Assembly (NCBI GenBank): GCA_965220935.1
Contig: OZ244857.1
Span: 2,796,450 to 2,860,449, forward strand
Length of the DNA: 64,000 nucleotides
Direction of reading: 5' to 3'
Source: Rhodothermales bacterium
GTDB lineage: Bacteria > Bacteroidota > Rhodothermia > Rhodothermales > Bin80
Shown here: piece by piece, positions 49,701-59,750 of the stretch
Layout: the number at the start of each line of letters is the position of its first letter
Position numbering within the stretch: position 1 is the stretch's first letter
Program-made: the position numbers and the translations under genes
The notes under the pieces: model-generated
The model's database searches: none
Told to the model about the DNA's origin: nothing
What the model saw: the letters and a program-made list of their open reading frames with translations, nothing else

Positions 49701-50610
49701 GAACAAAATTCGCCATAAAACCAGATACGACAAGTCCTTGGGGAAGTGCAACCCGACTATAATCATTTAATTTAGCGCATTCTTGGTACTCCTTGACGAA
49801 CTCATGATCTCTTGGGTCCCATTGCCAATCAAATATAGATTGAATAAACGCATAGAAGTCTGGATCATCTTTGACATACTTAATCTTTTCAAGGATCTAC
49901 TGAGCAAATCAGGGGTTACCCGGTCATAGAATTTGGATAGATCTGCCTCAATAATGTAGATATCTCTATTGTTCTTTTTTTTTTTTGAATATAATTCGGC
50001 TACTTTTTTCGGTCTTGAAAGAAATTTTCGATAATCTTGAAAGTACGATTGATACAGCTTAGTTGATCCCCATCTGTGAGAAAGTTTGCCATCTTGCAGG
50101 TCGCAGAAAAGTCTGTTTCCGTATGCGATCACCTTCTTACGTTTTTTTCTCTTATTAATTTTTTCACGAGGATCACCCATCTTTGATTCAACCCAATCGG
50201 CAAGACATAGCATAATTGCGGTTGCAATGACCTGATCTGCGAGGCTTACATGTGCTAATGGTCGGAGATGAATGTCTGTTCCACCAGATGTTTGTTCCAT
50301 CTTGGCAGATCTCTCAGATGTATCCTGTGGAATACGCCCCCAACGATCACTTGTAACTTGCCAATCTTGCGATTTGGGAGCGGGTACAATTCTTAACGGA
50401 TCATTTTTCCATTGATCGGAAGATTTGATTCGTTCTTGAATATTCGCTATAAATTCTGGAAGATTCGCCGTTACATGATCTAATGCGAGCGTATCAGCGA
50501 ACGAGTTATGGTATCGTATGTAGCTTGAAGCTTTCTTCCACGCCTGAATAAGAACCGCCTCCTGACTAATCCAGGAGCGGCGGGAGAACGTGTATGTTTG
50601 GTCATCAACA
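46795..50610 (-). pseudogene. reverse transcriptase-nitrilase fusion (DRT1-like/UG-type), one clear frameshift near 49890
   Basis: QAWKK..YIRYHN, LRPLAH, YGNRL, ADLSKFYDRV | LPQGLVVSGFMAN, RYVDDLR. C-terminal LPELSVH, RQVK, SQCNDATD and VANNGQHGGS (nitrilase E-K-C). Start uncertain. Confidence 0.88.
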
Positions 50611-50841
50611 ATATTATAGGAATGAACAATCTTTTGCAAAATTACTGCATAAATTGAAAATGGATAGAGCGTGAGTCTTTGGAAAAACCTCCCAGTCAAT
50701 CCCCCAAAATGCGTCACAGGTACTCTAGGCAGTATCTCTGCTGAAACGCGGAGGTTTTGCAAACGCCTTGAATGCTATTCATTTATGTTTGATTAGCAAC
50801 AACAATGTTATCCGTGATTCAAATCCGTAGTTAAATTGCTC

Positions 50842-52329
50842 CTACTCCGACTGATCATTTTCAGGATGAGCCGCCCAAAACGGGATATACTCTACATCTA
50901 GTTGCTGATCTGGTGGATGTTTGATAACAATATCACCTGCATTAACCGTCTGAGTCAATAGCTGGGTAGATTGATTATTGTCTGGGGCAGTTAAATTGAA
51001 TCGCCGTTGTACCGTCGCTTCGGTAATGCCATCCCCCGAACTAATATACTTTAAGCAAGCGTGAAAATAGATCGCTCGAATCCGATCGTAGGAATCTATT
51101 TCAGAAAGTGGACGATAAGCATAGATGGTCACCCGAGTAGAATCATCAATCACTTCTACTTTGGGTGCTGGTAAATGGAATTTTTCAATCTCATCAACGA
51201 TCTTATCCCATCCACTCCCCAATTCTTCACACATTCCAAATCTGCGAAAAAGCGTTGCTAATGCTTTGTTACGAGTTTTCGGTGGAGCATTGATAAACTG
51301 CCTACGATCTATCAGTGGAATACCTCGGTTCATGACTTCAATACGATTATCAAAAATTTCCACGATGGGTCCACCATTTCTGGAAGATAAGTCCTGATGG
51401 ATCATTGCGTTTGCGATCACCTCACGAACAGCCAAAATTGGAAATCGTTGACTCTGTTTCCTTATTCCATTTGTGAATGTTTCGTCAGTAGGAATCACAT
51501 GATCAACAAATTGAATGATCTTGGAAAACCCGGATGCATACCCCAACATGAACTCTTCCTGCCGACTTTCATGATGCCTTCCCCATCCCTTGTAAGTGAC
51601 AACCCTGATTGCTTTGTCTCTTAATGAGGGAACATCTGGAAGATGCTGGGCAAGTGATAGAAATCCTAAATTTAGAATATCCCATGCTCCATCATCTCGT
51701 TGATGAATAAAATCCTCCAACTGTAACTGTAGAAGTAACGCTGATACATGAGTGGGGACTGGAATTTTTTCTTGGTTGAAGTAGAACTCATAGTCAAGTA
51801 ACTTCATTACATCTTGATCCTTTACATATTCTATTGCTGTCGATTTTTCAAAGATTCTACTCTCAGACATACGCCATAATATTCTCTCCTTCTCTGGAAA
51901 ATGTTTTAAATCTCTGGTATGGGATCCTACGCGTATGTAGGCTTCATGATTAAACCTTACAGGCTGGTTCAACGCATGCGGAATGACGAGTACGACTATA
52001 GGTTGATCATCTATAATCTCTTGGTGGAAACGGAAGTTAACCGATGGTTTTAACCTGTTTGATAGCCAATGATCAAGATCATCCTTCTGCACCTGTTTTT
52101 TCGATGGGTTGAATGATGTACCAATGATTCGGTGATCATGATCTTGAATCCCCCAAATGATATACCCATGGGATCTTCCAGAAACCGCCACAGCATTTGC
52201 GATAGCAGAAATATTTTTTCCCAACTGAATTGGGTCAGCATCATTGGACTTAAACTCAACCCAGTCCGTTTCCTCTGGTAGCTTGCACAGCCGTTTAACT
52301 AAAAGAGGAATATTCTTAACGGTTGTCAT
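50842..52329 (-). CDS. AlbA_2 (Schlafen-like) domain - HATPase_c_4 protein
   Basis: ETDWVEFKS, ISAIAN and GYIIWGIQD (AlbA_2); REVIANAMIHQD, IEVMNRG and RNKALA..CEELGSGW motifs. Confidence 0.88.
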   Translation of the reverse strand: MTTVKNIPLLVKRLCKLPEETDWVEFKSNDADPIQLGKNISAIANAVAVSGRSHGYIIWGIQDHDHRIIGTSFNPSKKQVQKDDLDHWLSNRLKPSVNFRFHQEIIDDQPIVVLVIPHALNQPVRFNHEAYIRVGSHTRDLKHFPEKERILWRMSESRIFEKSTAIEYVKDQDVMKLLDYEFYFNQEKIPVPTHVSALLLQLQLEDFIHQRDDGAWDILNLGFLSLAQHLPDVPSLRDKAIRVVTYKGWGRHHESRQEEFMLGYASGFSKIIQFVDHVIPTDETFTNGIRKQSQRFPILAVREVIANAMIHQDLSSRNGGPIVEIFDNRIEVMNRGIPLIDRRQFINAPPKTRNKALATLFRRFGMCEELGSGWDKIVDEIEKFHLPAPKVEVIDDSTRVTIYAYRPLSEIDSYDRIRAIYFHACLKYISSGDGITEATVQRRFNLTAPDNNQSTQLLTQTVNAGDIVIKHPPDQQLDVEYIPFWAAHPENDQSE

Positions 52330-52869
52330 GACAACAATGTACCGTACTCAATTTTGAATGGCCAATCACTCTAAAAACGCCAAAAAAGATATGCACACCC
52401 ACAGTTCCCTTGGGTGATTTCCATGATACTACCCCATATTCCCTGACAGTACTAGCAATTTAAGAATAGATAGTTTGGTATTGGACATCCAAATCACTCA
52501 CACCATAAAACCCAGTAAAAATGATTGCGTTCGTTCTACTTTTTCAAGAAGATAATATTAGAGTAATTGCCTTCAGTAGAGGTATTTCAACTAGTCGTGA
52601 TCGTTTATACATTTGAAACTTATGATTTCATCCTTCTAAATGGTTGAGATGCGCACCTTTATCAAAATAGTAGGCATATGAGTCATTGACAAAACTGTCC
52701 TTCAGATGGGCTTACATCCATTACAATGACAATATACGACGATGTGACTACGAAAATAAAAGGATTGGTCTTGTTTGATGAAGATGAGGATGATTTATCA
52801 TCACTCAGTATGGTATCTATGGTTTCAAATCTCGAGAGAATTGAGTCTATTATCATCTCATCAAGATAT

Positions 52870-53785
52870 CTATTTGAGGATACGCGCGCTCACATCACTT
52901 GAGCACCTTCTTCATCAAGGATCATGCTGTAGAGTAAGCCATTCTGAATTTTGGAAAGATACGTACTCTCAATTTTGAAGGGCATCTGAACTTCACCCAA
53001 ATAATCTCCGTCGGAATTAAAAATATCAAAGAGTGATTCTGTTTGATCGGGGCTTGACTCGGATCGTTTTACCCAAAGGTTACCCTCGTCATCCGAGAAA
53101 AAAGAATCAATAGCTGGCTTGTGTCTGGGAATTCTGTCGACATCAATCCTCCCACCTTGGCAATAAACCATTGGTGATTCTCAATGACCTGTTGCAGTTC
53201 AGAATCGATTACTTTAATCTTGTCCATGTCCTTTGTGACTCGGCGGATAACTTGACCGCCCGCAGATACCTTTGTAAGTTCATAGGGATCCGTGACGAGT
53301 ATCCAAAAATGGACATCACTGGAAAATCCCCAGCGAAATGATGCCTGAAATGGTATCGCCATACTCTGGCTTTCTCCATTGTCGGTAATATGCGTAAAAT
53401 ATTCATTGGTCAATGGGACGTTAGGAATAGCAATGGTGTCTAATGGCGCAAACGTCTGGTCATAGCGAGCAAGCATTCTCTTGGTCTCTTGTTCATGATT
53501 GTCATAGCATAGGACTACCGCGTTGTATCGTCCTAAAGCATCGGAACGCCAGGATAGGGCAGAATAATCCATCCAGCAGTATTGACCTGCTCCGTACGTA
53601 GATAATTTCCATCTGAATCAAAAATTGTCAGTTTGCCTGCTTGCATTTCCATCACCCAGATCTCACCACTCTCGCTTACGTCAACTGAAACTGCATTTTC
53701 AAATTTGCCAGGCCCTTCCCCAATTGATCCAACGTAAGAACATGGGTTCCCTGATCGTCAAAAACGTAGATTTCCTGAGTGGTAG
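52870..53785 (-). pseudogene. 6-bladed beta-propeller (NHL/TolB-like) protein remnant
   Basis: Fragments EIYVFDDQG..G(E)GP, LTIFDSDG, DDEGNLWV and FDIFNSDGDYLG in different frames; 5' part missing. Confidence 0.7.
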
Positions 53786-54292
53786 AACCCATTTACCTTC
53801 AATAGGCTCACCGTCTGGATAAGGATTACCACCGTGTCTACGCATCTTCATCCACCCAATCTTTTGAATATAGACATCATTCCCTAGTATCTTAAACAGT
53901 CCTTTGGTCGCCGTAAATGAATTGTATTGAAACCGATTATGGAACGTAGGATGATCACGGGTCCCCTTAAAAAACTCTTTCCAGGCATCGGACTGATGCT
54001 TTAAGGTGTTTCGTACAATGTTGGACGAATACCGATTCAACCAAGAAATGGTTGGGCGAAAAGAAGTGTATCTCCTGCTTAATGACGGCCAGGTCAATTC
54101 TGGATTATCCTTATGTTCGTCTTTATAGTCCCTGTTGATTTGGTCAAGAAACGTATTCCATACAAACCTGCATGCTCCGCAAAGCCCTGACAAGAGATGG
54201 GCTTTCCACTGCGTGCCCGGCAATAGACGATACTCTACTCCACGATAGGAACAGTTTGAACCCGAAGGGTTAGAAGCCTTTTGAACAGGCAT
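53786..54292 (-). pseudogene. tnpB: TnpB (IS200/IS605) N-terminal fragment
   Basis: YRGVEYRLLP..LCGACRFVWN (OrfB HTH), AWKEFFKG..HPTF and IQKIGWMKMR motifs. RuvC and Zn-finger half deleted; joined to the propeller remnant. Confidence 0.85.
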
Positions 54293-54322
54293 GATGTCAA
54301 GGTTAAGTTGATGTTATGGTAA

Positions 54323-54355
54323 GCAATAGGGTAGAGTTTCCGTCTATCCTATTGC
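54323..54355. repeat. probable IS200/IS605 subterminal hairpin
   Basis: GCAATAGGGTAGA-GTTTCCG-TCTATCCTATTGC (12/13 Watson-Crick plus one G-T), 30 nt upstream of the tnpB start. Confidence 0.65.
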
Positions 54356-54437
54356 GTCTGTTACACCCTCTCAAATAGAATGGTTCCATTCTTTGGGTAC
54401 TCAGGTATATAATTCCCTATTAACAACCTTTTCATCC

Positions 54438-54777
54438 ATGGGTTTGGCTCAATTACTGGTTCGCTGATTAACTTAGGTAAACGTTACAAAAAGCCTGCAA
54501 TTAATATAAAGGAATTCAATTCTGGAAATAGTCTGTGGTGTGAAGTAGATGAACATACGATCACCGAATTGGAAGAAATAATTCGCGCCAAAGATGTTTG
54601 GGAACAACGGGATATTCTTGTTCAAGGTATGATGACAACGGAAGGCTTACCCACATTACTGATGGTAAAGTTTCTTACTTAGACCGAAAACAAATCTCTA
54701 TTGAAAAATTATATGATCCTGAATTCTCTGAGGGACTTCCATCAGAAGAATATATAGAAAGATTAAGACAAGACTAA
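54438..54777 (+). pseudogene. eroded gene directly upstream of the PIN gene (putative partner)
   Basis: Protein-like fragments in different frames (KPAINIKEFNSG..WCEVD..KDVWEQRDILVQG; IEKLYDPEFSEG; SEEYIERLRQD*) ending immediately before the PIN GTG. Confidence 0.5.
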
Positions 54778-55241
54778 GTGCGCCACATACGCAGATACTA
54801 TTGGGATTCGTGCTTCTGCATTGACTTGCTTTCTCAGTCTGACGAGGACAGATATAAGAGATGTACTCATGTTCTCGGACTGGTTGAAGCCAAGAAAGCT
54901 GAGTTATGGACATCAGCCTTTACACTGGCAGAAGTTTACAAACGAAAATGTAACAATCACTGGGCATCAATGCCTCTTGACCGTGAAGATGATTTTGAAC
55001 AATTTTTCAGCTCCGGCCTACTAAAACCTATTCTTGCTGACCACATGTAGCAAAAATATCACGGCGGCTTTGCAGAAAATATATAACATTACGAAAGCCC
55101 CAAGATGCAATTCATATTGCATCCTGTATCATTAGAAATATTGATGCATTGCACACCTTTGATGATAAAGATTTGATCAGATTGGATGGTCAGATCCAGT
55201 TAAGCAATGGAAATTTACAAAGCCGCCAGCTCCCCTATTAG
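54778..55241 (+). pseudogene. PIN-domain (VapC-like) nuclease, frameshifted near 55045
   Basis: YYWDSC and TSAFTLAEV, then in the shifted frame KPQDAIHIAS..LHTFDD. Confidence 0.85.
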
Positions 55242-55291
55242 ATCAGGCTGAATTATTAATGATTAACCTTCCACTCGCGCTAGATCATCTC

Positions 55292-56659
55292 TCACACTCG
55301 GACCCTCTCTCCTTGATTCGGGGTTAGAATTTTTGCGTGAGGACACTCCTTGCCAAGTGCCTCTTTGAGCCATCTTTTGGCTTCCGTCTGGCCATGCACT
55401 AAAATAATCGTTTTAGGATCAAGCCTCGTGGCAATGTCAAGGAGCTCTCTGCGATGCGCATGCCCACTGAAACGAAACCTGTCTACTTCACATGCAATCG
55501 CTTGCATGCCGCGCTCTGCACCAAGAATGATTCCCTCTGCTCCACTCTGTGCTGCATGAAGAAGCCTTCCAGCGGGCAGATCATCTTTGGCAAACCCAAC
55601 AAAAAAAATGGCATGCCTTTCATGTTCTAGCAACTCCATGGCAATCGCGTGAGACAGCGTATTTTCAATCATCATCCCACTGGCCAACACATGGATGCCT
55701 GGCTGATTCAATACCCTGCGCCGTGCTTTATGAGTTCTAGGAAATCGCTTCTGATCCACCGAATAAACTTCAAAATCAGCATCTATTCGTGGCGAAGATC
55801 CCCGATAGTCATCATAGATTTTGGATACCTCACGTAACCCACCCGCAGAGTAAATAGGAATCATGGGATCTATTAATCTCTGCGCCTTAAAGCGCCCCAA
55901 TAGTGCCAGAATCTCCTGAGCACGACCTAACATAAATACTGGTATCAATACTGACCCTCCCCGATCTAAGACTGCTTTGAGCCTTTCGGCGAAACGAATC
56001 TCTTCGTCAGCACGTGTCTTGGTCTCTGCAACTGGATCTGCGCCCAAGGTTGATTCCATAATCAACACATCAATGGGCGAGGATGGATACTGCCCACCTG
56101 GAATGATTGTCTGGTCCTCAGAGCGGGTGTCACTGGTGTAGAAGATTCGTCGCTTCTCTGAAGTGGTCAACAACACGCCAGCGGCGCCAAGCAAATGGCC
56201 AGAATAAACAAATTCCGCATGAGTTCCATTGGATCCTAAATTGATCCGCTGATTGTAGTTGTGAGAATGATACATATCATAGACATTATCCAAATCGTCC
56301 TCCTCAAACAAGGGAGGGAATGGCGATGACCCTTCATCATACTTACGCCACTGGAGTCGCTCTGACGCGTACAGCATTAGAGTTGTTAATGTCTTTGTGG
56401 CATGGGTGAGATGTAAGCGGGCCATCGGCCAATTGGCATTCACAGCAGGAAGCCCTCCAATATGATCATGATGGGCATGAGTGATCAATACATGATCCAC
56501 TCTACGATTACGAATGGGAGAAAAATCAGGCAATGATGCTGGCCCCTCCTCATTCGGATCAGCACCCGCATCTAATGCAATCCCTACATCATCAACTTGA
56601 AGGAAGTGACAACTTGCTCCAATGTCATTGTCTCTGCCAAGCGAAATAAATTCCATCAC
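55292..56659 (-). CDS. MBL-fold beta-CASP ribonuclease (CPSF73/YSH1-like)
   Basis: THAHHDHIG, SGHLLGA, MESTLG, GRAQE, FSGHA and LVHG motifs. Confidence 0.92.
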   Translation of the reverse strand: MMEFISLGRDNDIGASCHFLQVDDVGIALDAGADPNEEGPASLPDFSPIRNRRVDHVLITHAHHDHIGGLPAVNANWPMARLHLTHATKTLTTLMLYASERLQWRKYDEGSSPFPPLFEEDDLDNVYDMYHSHNYNQRINLGSNGTHAEFVYSGHLLGAAGVLLTTSEKRRIFYTSDTRSEDQTIIPGGQYPSSPIDVLIMESTLGADPVAETKTRADEEIRFAERLKAVLDRGGSVLIPVFMLGRAQEILALLGRFKAQRLIDPMIPIYSAGGLREVSKIYDDYRGSSPRIDADFEVYSVDQKRFPRTHKARRRVLNQPGIHVLASGMMIENTLSHAIAMELLEHERHAIFFVGFAKDDLPAGRLLHAAQSGAEGIILGAERGMQAIACEVDRFRFSGHAHRRELLDIATRLDPKTIILVHGQTEAKRWLKEALGKECPHAKILTPNQGERVRV

Positions 56660-57339
56660 GAAACGGGCGAATCAGACTGCTCCTCAAACTTCTTCCAATC
56701 AGACATGAATTGATGAAGCCCAATATCTGTCAGAGGATGAGAAACCAGCTTCTTAATCACACCTAACGGCATCGTCGCAACATGTGCACCCATCAATGCA
56801 GATTCCAAGACATGCATTGGATGACGAATGGAGGCGGCAAGAACTTCAGTTTCATAACCATAGATTGCATAAATCTCTATGATCTCTTGAACAAGCTTCA
56901 TGCCGTCTGAAGAGATATCATCTACACGACCAATGAAAGGACTAATATATGCAGCACCTGCCTTGGCCGCCATCAGGGCCTGCGTTGGAGAAAAACAAAG
57001 CGTACAGTTAGACCGAATTCCCTCCTGTAACAGAGCATTGATCGCTTTAAGTCCATCCAAAATCAATGGAACCTTCACCACCACATTATCAGCAATGGAT
57101 GCAAGATCTTTTCCCTGTTTCATAATTTCGTCAAACGTGACCGCCGTCACCTCTGCAGACACATCTCCTGAGACTATATCGCAAATCTCTGCAATATGAT
57201 CAAAAAAGTCCAATGACTTGCCTGCACGTTCGGAGGCAACTTTCATCAGCGATGGATTCGTTGTAACCCCATCTAATACGCCCATATCTTTAGCCTCGTG
57301 AATTTCAGCTAAATCAGCAGTGTCAATAAAAAATTTCAT
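56656..57339 (-). CDS. tal: transaldolase / fructose-6-phosphate aldolase family
   Basis: MKFFIDTA, GVTTNPSL, VVVKVP, YISPFIGR and LAASIRHP motifs. Confidence 0.93.
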   Translation of the reverse strand: MKFFIDTADLAEIHEAKDMGVLDGVTTNPSLMKVASERAGKSLDFFDHIAEICDIVSGDVSAEVTAVTFDEIMKQGKDLASIADNVVVKVPLILDGLKAINALLQEGIRSNCTLCFSPTQALMAAKAGAAYISPFIGRVDDISSDGMKLVQEIIEIYAIYGYETEVLAASIRHPMHVLESALMGAHVATMPLGVIKKLVSHPLTDIGLHQFMSDWKKFEEQSDSPVS

Positions 57340-57364
57340 GTTAGTTGATTTTAATTTGAGTGGT

Positions 57365-59056
57365 TTACTGTTCATCGGTCATTTTGATGACAATTAATGT
57401 GCGGTCATCACTTAGTGTCTCAACTGGACCTGTAAAATCTTGAATATCGTTTTGAACCAGGTCAATCAAAGCAGATGCAGATAAGTGACGGTTGGCCTGT
57501 ACAAGATTCAATAGCCGCTCAGAAGAATATTCTTGCATCGCCTCTCCCATAGCTTCGGTAACCCCATCGGTGAACATCACGATCACATCATTTGAAGATA
57601 AGACAATTTCTCCGGAATCATAAGAAGAGGTGGGCAAAATACCCAGTAACGGCCCCCCTTCGCTAAGATACTCTATCGCTCCATTTGCGCGAATCAATAA
57701 TGGTGGCTCATGTCCTGCATTTACAAATGATAGAGATTTGTTGGGGTAATATATTCCAGCAAAAGCGGTAATAAAGATTCCCGAATCTGTATTCTCATAT
57801 ACGACGCGATTGGTGTGCTCAATCGCTTCTTGAAGCGACAACTTCATAGGAAGCATAATGTGGGTACAGGCATGAATACTTGACATCAATAGAGCGGCAG
57901 GAACTCCTTTTCCTGTTACATCCGCAATCATAAACATCGTGCGCTCTCTGTTAAGCTGGGCTACATCGTAGTAATCACCGCCAACCTCTTGACTTGATAA
58001 CGAAAGGGTCGCTATATCCAGACCTGATATTTCTGGAATTTTATCTGGAAGGAGTCGTCGCTGAATATCGCGGGCCGTACGTAACTCTTCTTCCATCCGC
58101 TGCTTAGCCATCCTTGCCTCAATGAGCTCAACATTCTGAATTGATGTGACAGCTAGACTTCCAAGAGCATATAGAAATTCAATATCTTTCTGATCATACA
58201 TTAAAGCATCATGCTTTTCACCAAGACAAAGGACTCCGTGAACGATATCTTGTTGGCGGATTGGAAGAGCAAGTACAATCCCGTGTTGCTCCAGGATATC
58301 ACCTGGTGATGTAAGGATTAAATCCTCAATCTCTATAAGAAACTCCTGAGTTAAGCCTTTCAATTTCGTTTCATTTCCTGACACAAGCTCAAATGAATGA
58401 TCCGATCGTCTCAAATAAAATAGATAGTTATGGACGACCATCTGCCCCATCAAGGCGAACGAAAAAATTTTTAGTACATGAGTTTGATCAACCGTCTTAT
58501 TGAATTCTTTTGATAATTCAAAGAGTGTATTAAGCTGGCGGACTGTACTATCTAAACCAAGATTTGCCTGACGCAACTCTTCCATGATCAAAGAATTGCG
58601 CACTGATGTGGAAGACATATTCACCAACGATTGAACGAACTGAAGCTCATCATCCTCAAATGATTCACCAGTCAACTTCCTACCAAGAGCAATCGCACCA
58701 ATAACGGATTCATCATCACGCAGTGGCAGTAACAGATGCATGCCAATGGCATCAAGTTTTTGAGGCAACTGCGTACCCTCAATCATTGCCCCGGATTTGA
58801 GCTGAGGAAGTTCTAATGAGGTCCCTTCTTTAATCTCTGAGACTCCTTTGACTACAGCAACATGCCAGAGCAGGTGCTGACTGTCATAAAGAAGAGCAAG
58901 CCCCTTAGAAACTAAGAGCTTCCCCATTGTGGTGAGCAATAAGTTGTTAAAGACAGAATACAATTCCAGCGACTCGCTGAGAACCTGACTGGTCTGAAAT
59001 AGTGCTTGTAAATCCTGCCTTTGCGCCTGCTCAACCTTCTGGGCTACATCCTGCAT
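57365..59056 (-). CDS. GAF-containing PP2C/SpoIIE (RsbU-like) phosphatase
   Basis: ARDIQRRLLP, VGGDYYD, IADVTGKGVPAAL, NAGHEPP, FTDGVTEA and DDRT motifs; two GAF-like N-terminal regions. Confidence 0.92.
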   Translation of the reverse strand: MQDVAQKVEQAQRQDLQALFQTSQVLSESLELYSVFNNLLLTTMGKLLVSKGLALLYDSQHLLWHVAVVKGVSEIKEGTSLELPQLKSGAMIEGTQLPQKLDAIGMHLLLPLRDDESVIGAIALGRKLTGESFEDDELQFVQSLVNMSSTSVRNSLIMEELRQANLGLDSTVRQLNTLFELSKEFNKTVDQTHVLKIFSFALMGQMVVHNYLFYLRRSDHSFELVSGNETKLKGLTQEFLIEIEDLILTSPGDILEQHGIVLALPIRQQDIVHGVLCLGEKHDALMYDQKDIEFLYALGSLAVTSIQNVELIEARMAKQRMEEELRTARDIQRRLLPDKIPEISGLDIATLSLSSQEVGGDYYDVAQLNRERTMFMIADVTGKGVPAALLMSSIHACTHIMLPMKLSLQEAIEHTNRVVYENTDSGIFITAFAGIYYPNKSLSFVNAGHEPPLLIRANGAIEYLSEGGPLLGILPTSSYDSGEIVLSSNDVIVMFTDGVTEAMGEAMQEYSSERLLNLVQANRHLSASALIDLVQNDIQDFTGPVETLSDDRTLIVIKMTDEQ

Positions 59057-59061
59057 ATACT

Positions 59062-59748
59062 CTAATGCAACTCTATCAATTCACCTGCCTTTAAGACCTT
59101 GCCAGCGAATTTTTCCTGCTCCATCATCTCCAACCATTTGTCTGTATCTGCCGCGATAGGAGGGAACGTGTCATAATGGATCGGAATCGTCAACCTTGGT
59201 TCAAGCATGCGGACAGCCCTAAGAGAGCCCGATAACCCCATCGTAAACAAGTCGCCAATCGGAAGCAGAGCAAGATCAATCTGATCATCTTGCCCGATCC
59301 AACTCATCTCCATGAAGGCATCAGTATCACCAGAATTATAAATACATTTTCCTTCGGAATGAAGAAGATATCCATTAGCCGTTCCACCATATGTTCCGTC
59401 GGGGAAAGAGGACGAATGCCGCGCATAGGTCATAGTTAATTGACCCCACCCAAATTCAATGGACCCTCCAATATTCATGGATACGACATTGTCGTATTTA
59501 TGCTTCTGGATATACTGACTGATTTCATGATTGCAGATCACCATCGCCTGACTTTGATTGGCAATCTCAAGAGTATCGCCCCAATGATCAAAATGCGCAT
59601 GCGTAACAATGATCACATCTGGCTGCAACGACCTCACTGAGGTGACCGACTCTGCCAAAGGATTACCTGTGATAAATGGATCAAAGAGTAGCGTGCTACC
59701 GCTGGTTTTAATCTGTAATGCCGAGTGTCCAAAATAGGTAATTTGCAT
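59062..59748 (-). CDS. metal-dependent hydrolase (UPF0173, MBL fold)
   Basis: YFGHSA, DPFITGNP, THAHFDH, ARHSSS, SGDT, LPIGD and PIHYDTF motifs. Confidence 0.92.
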   Translation of the reverse strand: MQITYFGHSALQIKTSGSTLLFDPFITGNPLAESVTSVRSLQPDVIIVTHAHFDHWGDTLEIANQSQAMVICNHEISQYIQKHKYDNVVSMNIGGSIEFGWGQLTMTYARHSSSFPDGTYGGTANGYLLHSEGKCIYNSGDTDAFMEMSWIGQDDQIDLALLPIGDLFTMGLSGSLRAVRMLEPRLTIPIHYDTFPPIAADTDKWLEMMEQEKFAGKVLKAGELIELH

Positions 59749-59750
59749 CG

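Noticed and set aside
46795-50610. CRISPR-adaptation RT (RT-Cas1 or Cas6-RT), or a programmed frameshift
   Set aside because: No Cas1 domain; the C-terminus is nitrilase-like and the gene is convergent to cas6. There is no canonical slippery heptamer at the frame junction.
52582-52619. Repeat-like GTATTTCAAC...ATTTGAAAC
   Set aside because: Single copy in AT-rich DNA; likely chance.
30820-55290. tRNA-Leu-anchored integrative island
   Set aside because: No integrase and no duplicated tRNA 3' end (attR) were seen.
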